64,000 nt of DNA from Camelus dromedarius (Eukaryota), in NCBI RefSeq assembly GCF_036321535.1, contig NC_087451.1:55924001-55988000 (forward strand), read 5' to 3'. Positions within the stretch are counted from its first letter, which is position 1, and each line of letters begins with the position of its first letter. Of this stretch, positions 58,143 to 64,000 are shown piece after piece. The position numbers and the translations under genes were made by a program. The notes beneath the pieces are model-generated. The model saw nothing but the letters and a program-made list of their open reading frames with translations, was not told where the DNA came from and ran no database searches.

Positions 58143-61100
58143 AGCCTGGCTTGGTCCTGTTCCTCAGGAAAAGGATGGACCCTCTCCTCTTCTCAGATGG
58201 TCCCTTCCATTCCCTGGAAACCTGCATGACAGCTCCTAACGTGTTTCTCCAGTGCAACCGACCTCTAGACTCCCGGCGTCCTCCCAGCTCACCTCCATCT
58301 ATGCATCTCGTCTCTGGACTTGGTGACCGGACTCTTCACATTGACAGTAGGGTCCCAGACCCTGCATCCATCCCTCCTCTGTGAGCCCCGCTAGCCAGAT
58401 GAGGAAGAAGCTTCCGTGTGTCTTGCTTTCCTCCTGGGGAAAGGTGCCTTGTTGTGATGCATTAACTCATTGTTGGGGCAGGGTGGAGAAGGGGACCCCT
58501 ACCTTCTCCTGCCACTGTTGGGGGAGCTTGGCGGGTTTATTATATTTCATTAGTTTATGAGGCTGGCATGAGCAGGACTTCGAAGGGAGGGGATGGGCAT
58601 TTTGAGTGAAACAGGAAAGGAGTTTGCAGAGAAGTGATCTGTTTTAAAGGTCATGTTTGGAGAATGGGCAAGGAAATGGGTCTGCTTTGATTTGTAGCGG
58701 TTATTTTGGTTTTGCTCTCACCCCACCCCACACCCCTACCCAGAAGTAAGTTGAAGATAACACTAAATACTAATCACTTGAACTAAACATGTAATAAAAA
58801 GGGTGAAATAAACTAAGGATCCATTTAGAGCCAGTTACTTCCTCCGCAGCACAGGGACCCTCTGGGGCTCCCTGCTCCTCTTCCTCAGGTGCTGAGGCTG
58901 AGGGACCTCAGCCTCTCACCACCTGTCCCCTCAAGGGAGCAGTCCCTTTCATTCATTCGTTACTGATTCACAAGTCCCAGAAACCTCTAGTGAGAGGAAG
59001 ATAGGACCTTGGCCTTAACCTTGACCATGAGGCTGCCTCAGTCTTTTCTGCCTGGCCCAGAAGGCCACTGACCTTTCAATCCTGTTCGGAAACTTCAGCC
59101 CCCGATGAATGCCCCAGGATGACAGAGAAGGGAAGGGTGAAGCAGCTCGGGAAAGGGACCAGCTCTGCAGGCTAGGAAAGACTTGAATGGCCCACTCATT
59201 CTGAAGGTCACAGCCCATCTGACTGAGCAGGCTCTCCCTGTTCCTTTCTCCAGCACTCAACCCCCAAGACTGCAGGGGTTCACACAGCAGAGTAGAGAAG
59301 GGTGAGGAAGCTTATGGGGTAGTCAAAGACCCCTCTGTGCCAAGAAGCACAAAAATTTTGGTGAGGTGTATGTCAGTCCAGCTGATCTTCCCAGGCAGCC
59401 AGCAATATGTCGTTTCGTCTTCCAGGTTCTCGTTAAAGAGCACAGAGGAAAGGGAGGTTCCCAACCTATGTAGGAACTGAGCTTGGATCATGGTACAGGG
59501 ACTTGCCCTTCTCCTGCAGCACGGTGGAGCACCTGGGCTCCATGCACCGGATGGTTTGGTTTACTCAGAGTTTGGAGTGAGAGCAGAGAAGCCATGGCTG
59601 TTCCTTGGAATGGAAAGTCAGTGGAATGTTTCACCAGATACATCCAAGGCTTAAACTGCCCTAGGGACCTTTCCAATCTGTTGGGTCGCAGACTAAGGGT
59701 CTGTATATGGTGCCCAGTGAAACCCAAGTCTTCCCAAGGCTAGATAAGAGAGCTCACAGCTTGGGTTATTTCTGTGGGGTCTGCAATCCTTGGCCGTCCC
59801 CTGGACTTTAGGGCAAACCATGATTAGGTCTGTCACTAGACTTTTTCTAATCAGTCTTTATTTATCATTCTTATTTTCAAATCTGTTAGCAGTTACCTCC
59901 CAGCCTGTAGAGCTGAAAGAGGGGACGCTAGTGGAGGGAAAAGGAGAGAGTACAAGACTTGCTACTGCAGCAGACTTCCAGGGTAGATGCTGACCGGTTA
60001 CTGAACTTGGACTGTGAAGTCTTCCCATTTATTTTTGAAATGGGAATTGATGCCTTTTGTACAACGTTATCAAAGTGTATCTTTTTTCCCCCCTCTTTAC
60101 TCAAACATGGATCATCAAAACAAGCATCACGTGTAAAAGCCAAATCCCAGCTTTTCATTGGGGCTGGTATCTTCCTCCCGTGTGACCTGCTGCCCACCAT
60201 AGTCCCCAGCATTGGGACCATGTCACATGGGTCTTGATTGTATCTTCATTTTCTTGGCCTCATGAAAAACGGCCTGGGACTAGATCTAGTCTGGTGGATG
60301 TTCTTCAGAGCATGCTGATGACCCAGTACCTATTTCAGTGTCTTTGCCTTATACATTATTTGGTCCCTCTGTTAATAACAGATTTATTATCATGTGTATT
60401 TACTATTGAAGAATGGGACTGTGACCCTCGTAGTTACTGATCTATTTTGTATGCTGTAAAAAGCTTGTAATATAGGTTTAAGGTGGGCTGGCTGCAAGAG
60501 CACTAAAACTTCTCACCTTTTAAACTGCTCTTTTTATCTGCTTGTGGGAATGCCGTCTCTTCAGTGGAAGATTGGGTGGTCTCATGTTGAGGCTGTTGCC
60601 CAGTCCCGTTAACCCCCTTGTCCCCTCCCAGCAGGAAGAGACCTTGCCCAACCAAGCATCAGGAAGCTGTGTTAAAAGCCCCTGTGTGGGTTTGGTTTTA
60701 TGATGTTTTTCTCTCGGGGGAAAAACTTAACAATTGTTTCTTACTGCCCTTTCTGGGAAACAGGGCAGTGGCCTCCAGGTTTTTAAATGAGCTAGGTGCC
60801 CCTCTTCCCCCTTTTCTCTGGTCACCAAACCTGGATCATAGCACTTTGATACTCCAGGTGTGGTTTTCTCTCACGTGGGGATTCCCTCCAGTGGCAGAGC
60901 CGGGGCCCGCAGACTGAGAGCACGTAGGGTGCTGTCCCACCTGACGGACGTGAGGCTCCCATCTCCAGAAATTCACCCCAGCCCTGGCCACAGGCAGAGG
61001 CAAGAAGGCTAGCCGCTGGCCACTGCCCTAGGGGCATCCCCTCACCCCGTAGCTTCCCAACTTGAAACCCAGATTTACCTCCAGGGAGAGGTGAGATAAA

Positions 61101-62900
61101 ATTGTAAATAGACTTGCTACAGAGCAACTCAGGGTTGGGGTGTGTTTTAATTCTCCTGATCACTTGAAATAATCTGTAGGCTGAGTGCTTATGGGAGTGG
61201 GGGAGAAGTGTGACTTCAGGGTCCTTCCCTTCTGCAAAGCTCTGGGGGTGGAGTGTAGGGCATCTGAGGCCCTTTGATAGCACTACACTGAGCTGTCTGT
61301 TCTGGAAACCCAACCTATGATCAACTGCAGATCAGATTCTTCACATTCCAGTTGTGGTCTTTCCTTCCCTATTGAATCTCAATGCCTGGCTATCCGTGGT
61401 CAAGGTGGCTTTCTTTAGGCCACTCTGATTTAGGGAATGGGAGGCGTTACAACTCTGCCTTCAAGACTCATCTCTTAAAAAGAAAATGAAACAAAACTCC
61501 AACCACCTTCAAAACACATACAAAAAAAAAAAAAAAAGGATAACTGTTTAACCGAAGGAAGGGTTTGGTTCCATTCAACTCCACGTTCATTGTGCCTTTA
61601 CTTGTGTTAGAGTTCTGTGCTTTCTTCCTCTCCCTCTTTGAAGCAACTAAAATCTTCCTTGATAACTGCTGTTTCCTTCTTTCTACTCTTGTTTCTAACA
61701 ACTTAGTGAGTTCCCTCTCGGATTGTCTTAAATTTCATCCCACTGGTGGCAGAGGGGGCCGTGGCTTGTTGTCTCGTGTCCTTTCCCAGGGCGACCAGCA
61801 TGGGAACCATAGTCAACACTGAATAAAAGACTAGAGTGACATGTGCGAAGAGTGTGTGTGTGTATGTGTGTGTGCGTCCCTCTTTGTCCGCATGTGGATC
61901 AGTTTCTTTTAAAAAATAATTTATTGTATGATTTCTTTTGGAGTTGTTTCTGATTACAGTGCTCCATCTCCTGATTAGCATTGATTTTTTTTTTTCTTCC
62001 CCCTTCTACAATGTATAATCTGGTCTCAGGTTGGATTCTTTGGTACATTTCTTTCTCCTGGATGCCGTGCAGTTTAATTAAACCTTGCTTAAAAACAAAA
62101 ACAAAAAACCTGAAAAACTGTGTACTCTTGTCTGGAATACCGCCGAGAGTGGTGGCGCAGAGCGGAATGGGTCTGTCACCTCAGGTTAGGGTAGTGGTTT
62201 GGACTCCAGATCCTCTGAGAAACTAGATAAACTAAGGGCAGAAGCCTCTGCGGCTTCTTGAGAGTTTTCTCTCCTTTCCTGCTGTGTTTTGAAAATCACA
62301 GATCTAGTTAGCTGTGCTGACTGGGTGATTCTGAGAGAGTTGGTCCTTATTTATGTCGGCCACCTAACTCCCCTCTGCCCAGGGTTTCCAGGAACCCAGG
62401 AGACCCTGTGACCTATGTCTTTATATCCCTAATGGTTCTTCCCACCGGTGTGCACGGTAGCTTCTCACACCGAGGTGTGAAGAAGGTGAGGGCAAAGCAT
62501 ACGGACTGTGTCTATTTTTATGTGGGTGGTGGCTTTTTTTTTTCCTTCACTGCTTTTTAAGTTGAAACCTTAGCTGGCTTTCTTGAACTTTGACTTGAGG
62601 TGTAAAAATTGAACCAGACAGTCTGTGCTTACAGAGGTCAGCTGACATAATCACCACTAAGACTTAATGAGCTTAACTTGCACTTTCATCACTAGCAAAG
62701 GTCTTGAAGTTATTTCCCATACTGATTCATATTGGGTGTATGTCTGAGTCACTCTCACATAATTTAGATATAAAAACCTAGGGGCGTGGGTGGAAAGGCT
62801 GCCTTTCATTTTCATCCATACTTGCCAGATTGGCTGAATTCCTGATTATTTGACCCATCATTGTTATTAATATGATTAATAAACTACCTATTTGTTAATT
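58143..62900 (+). other. WIPF2: WIPF2 long 3'UTR with multiple AATAAA signals
   Basis: Apparently repeat-poor 4.7 kb. AATAAA at 58793-58798, 61822-61827 and 62878-62883; the last is followed by U/GU-rich sequence. Confidence 0.65.
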
Positions 62901-64000
62901 TAATTGTTCCTCCTGTGAATTTGAATAGCCCTCAAATGGCACTTGCCTAAATGACCCTCAACTGCCTAACCCAATAAGCTTTCTCTGTCCTATTGGGACG
63001 GTAGTGCTAGTCTGTATGTGTGGGCATGCACCCGCCAGTGCACACAGGCGTTCACACAGACACACACAAGGATGCTGGACAGGTCCTTCGTGTGTGATTT
63101 GATTCCTTCTCCCACGCTACTGTGTATAAATTAGCAGGTGATAAGGACACTAGGTTACCCACCTCAATTATGAATGAGACATAGCTGCTTATGGTGAATG
63201 TGCCTCTTGAGTATTTCCTGGCCCGAACCAGCCACAAACTGCAACTCACTGCAAGGAAGCTGCCTGTCTCAGACTTCCTGTTATTCTGCAGACAGAGGTA
63301 AGAGAACTAAGATGTCAACCTCAGGATCCTAACCACCCCTGAGGATAACTGTGGGGAAATGCCTCATCTTTGGCCTCACCAGAGCCCAGGCTGTATCGGT
63401 TTCATACATAATTGAGTTCATCCTCTACTTCTAGGTTGAGGGGTGTGAGATTTAAAGGACTGTATGCTATCTGACCACAAAAGTTCATGCAAAAAATGGA
63501 TATCTGCTTGGCAGGAATGTCCTTTCCATTCACTCAGCCAAGCATTTATTGCATACTCTGCCAGGCACTGACAATATGAAGATGAAAAGGACATGGTCTT
63601 CGCTTCCAAGGAGCTGAGAGTCTAGCAGAAGACTTAAGGACAGCCACTGGGAAAAACCTATGTGGCTTATTAAAAGGCTTTATGGTAACTAGCCAGGGAA
63701 GCCAGGTGAGCGGCATTCCAGATGTAGGAAACAGCACAGACAAAGGCACAAAAGTGAGAAACAGAACGATGGTATGTTTGTCATGTTGCTGGAGTACTGG
63801 AAAGAGAAAAAGCTTCAAGCAAGTAACCTTAAAAAGAGGCCTTTCAACTTGGACATTCTGTGATTCTCTGTCTGCTTCCACAATAGTCATTTACTTGTGT
63901 AGGCTTTTCTTGGACCAGTGCTGTATTTTCTGGCGAATGTTTTCACAGGCTCCATCCAATGTGCATGTGAAGTACCCACGGCTTCCTCTGCTCCCTCGAT

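Noticed and set aside
62900-64000. Next gene (CDC6 expected downstream by mammalian synteny)
   Set aside because: No CpG island or coding exon is visible in the remaining 1.1 kb; only L2-like sequence.

Overview
Mammalian genomic DNA, very likely a camelid, judging by about 13 copies of the tRNA-derived Vic-1-type SINE and no recognisable Bov-tA/BovB or PRE-1. Two genes lie on the + strand in the mammalian RAPGEFL1-WIPF2 order. (1) The 3' part of RAPGEFL1: 13 visible coding exons from 686 to the stop at 8612, one further exon inferred inside an N-gap, and a 3'UTR to about 10450. (2) The complete WIPF2/WIRE gene: CpG-island promoter near 22600-23050, a non-coding exon 1, a 20-kb first intron, seven coding exons from 43142 to 58142 (439 aa if the sized gap is frame-true), and a 3'UTR with several AATAAA signals to about 62900. 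Intergenic and intronic DNA is dense in L1, L2, MIR, MLT1, MER/Tigger/mariner relics and SINEs. Best observations: an AT-AG minor-spliceosome (U12-type) intron in RAPGEFL1 whose retention or mis-splicing creates a stop exactly at the junction, followed by a strong in-frame downstream ATG; a 50-codon overlapping upstream ORF across the WIPF2 start codon; a COX6C processed pseudogene missing from the ORF track, sharing a triplicated target site with a later SINE and carrying a candidate cryptic exon; two L1 copies with the same chimeric 3' tail; a clean twin-priming L1 inversion; and a near-perfect Brachyury-type palindrome in the WIPF2 3'UTR. Repeat family names come from pattern recognition, not from a database search, and their boundaries are approximate.
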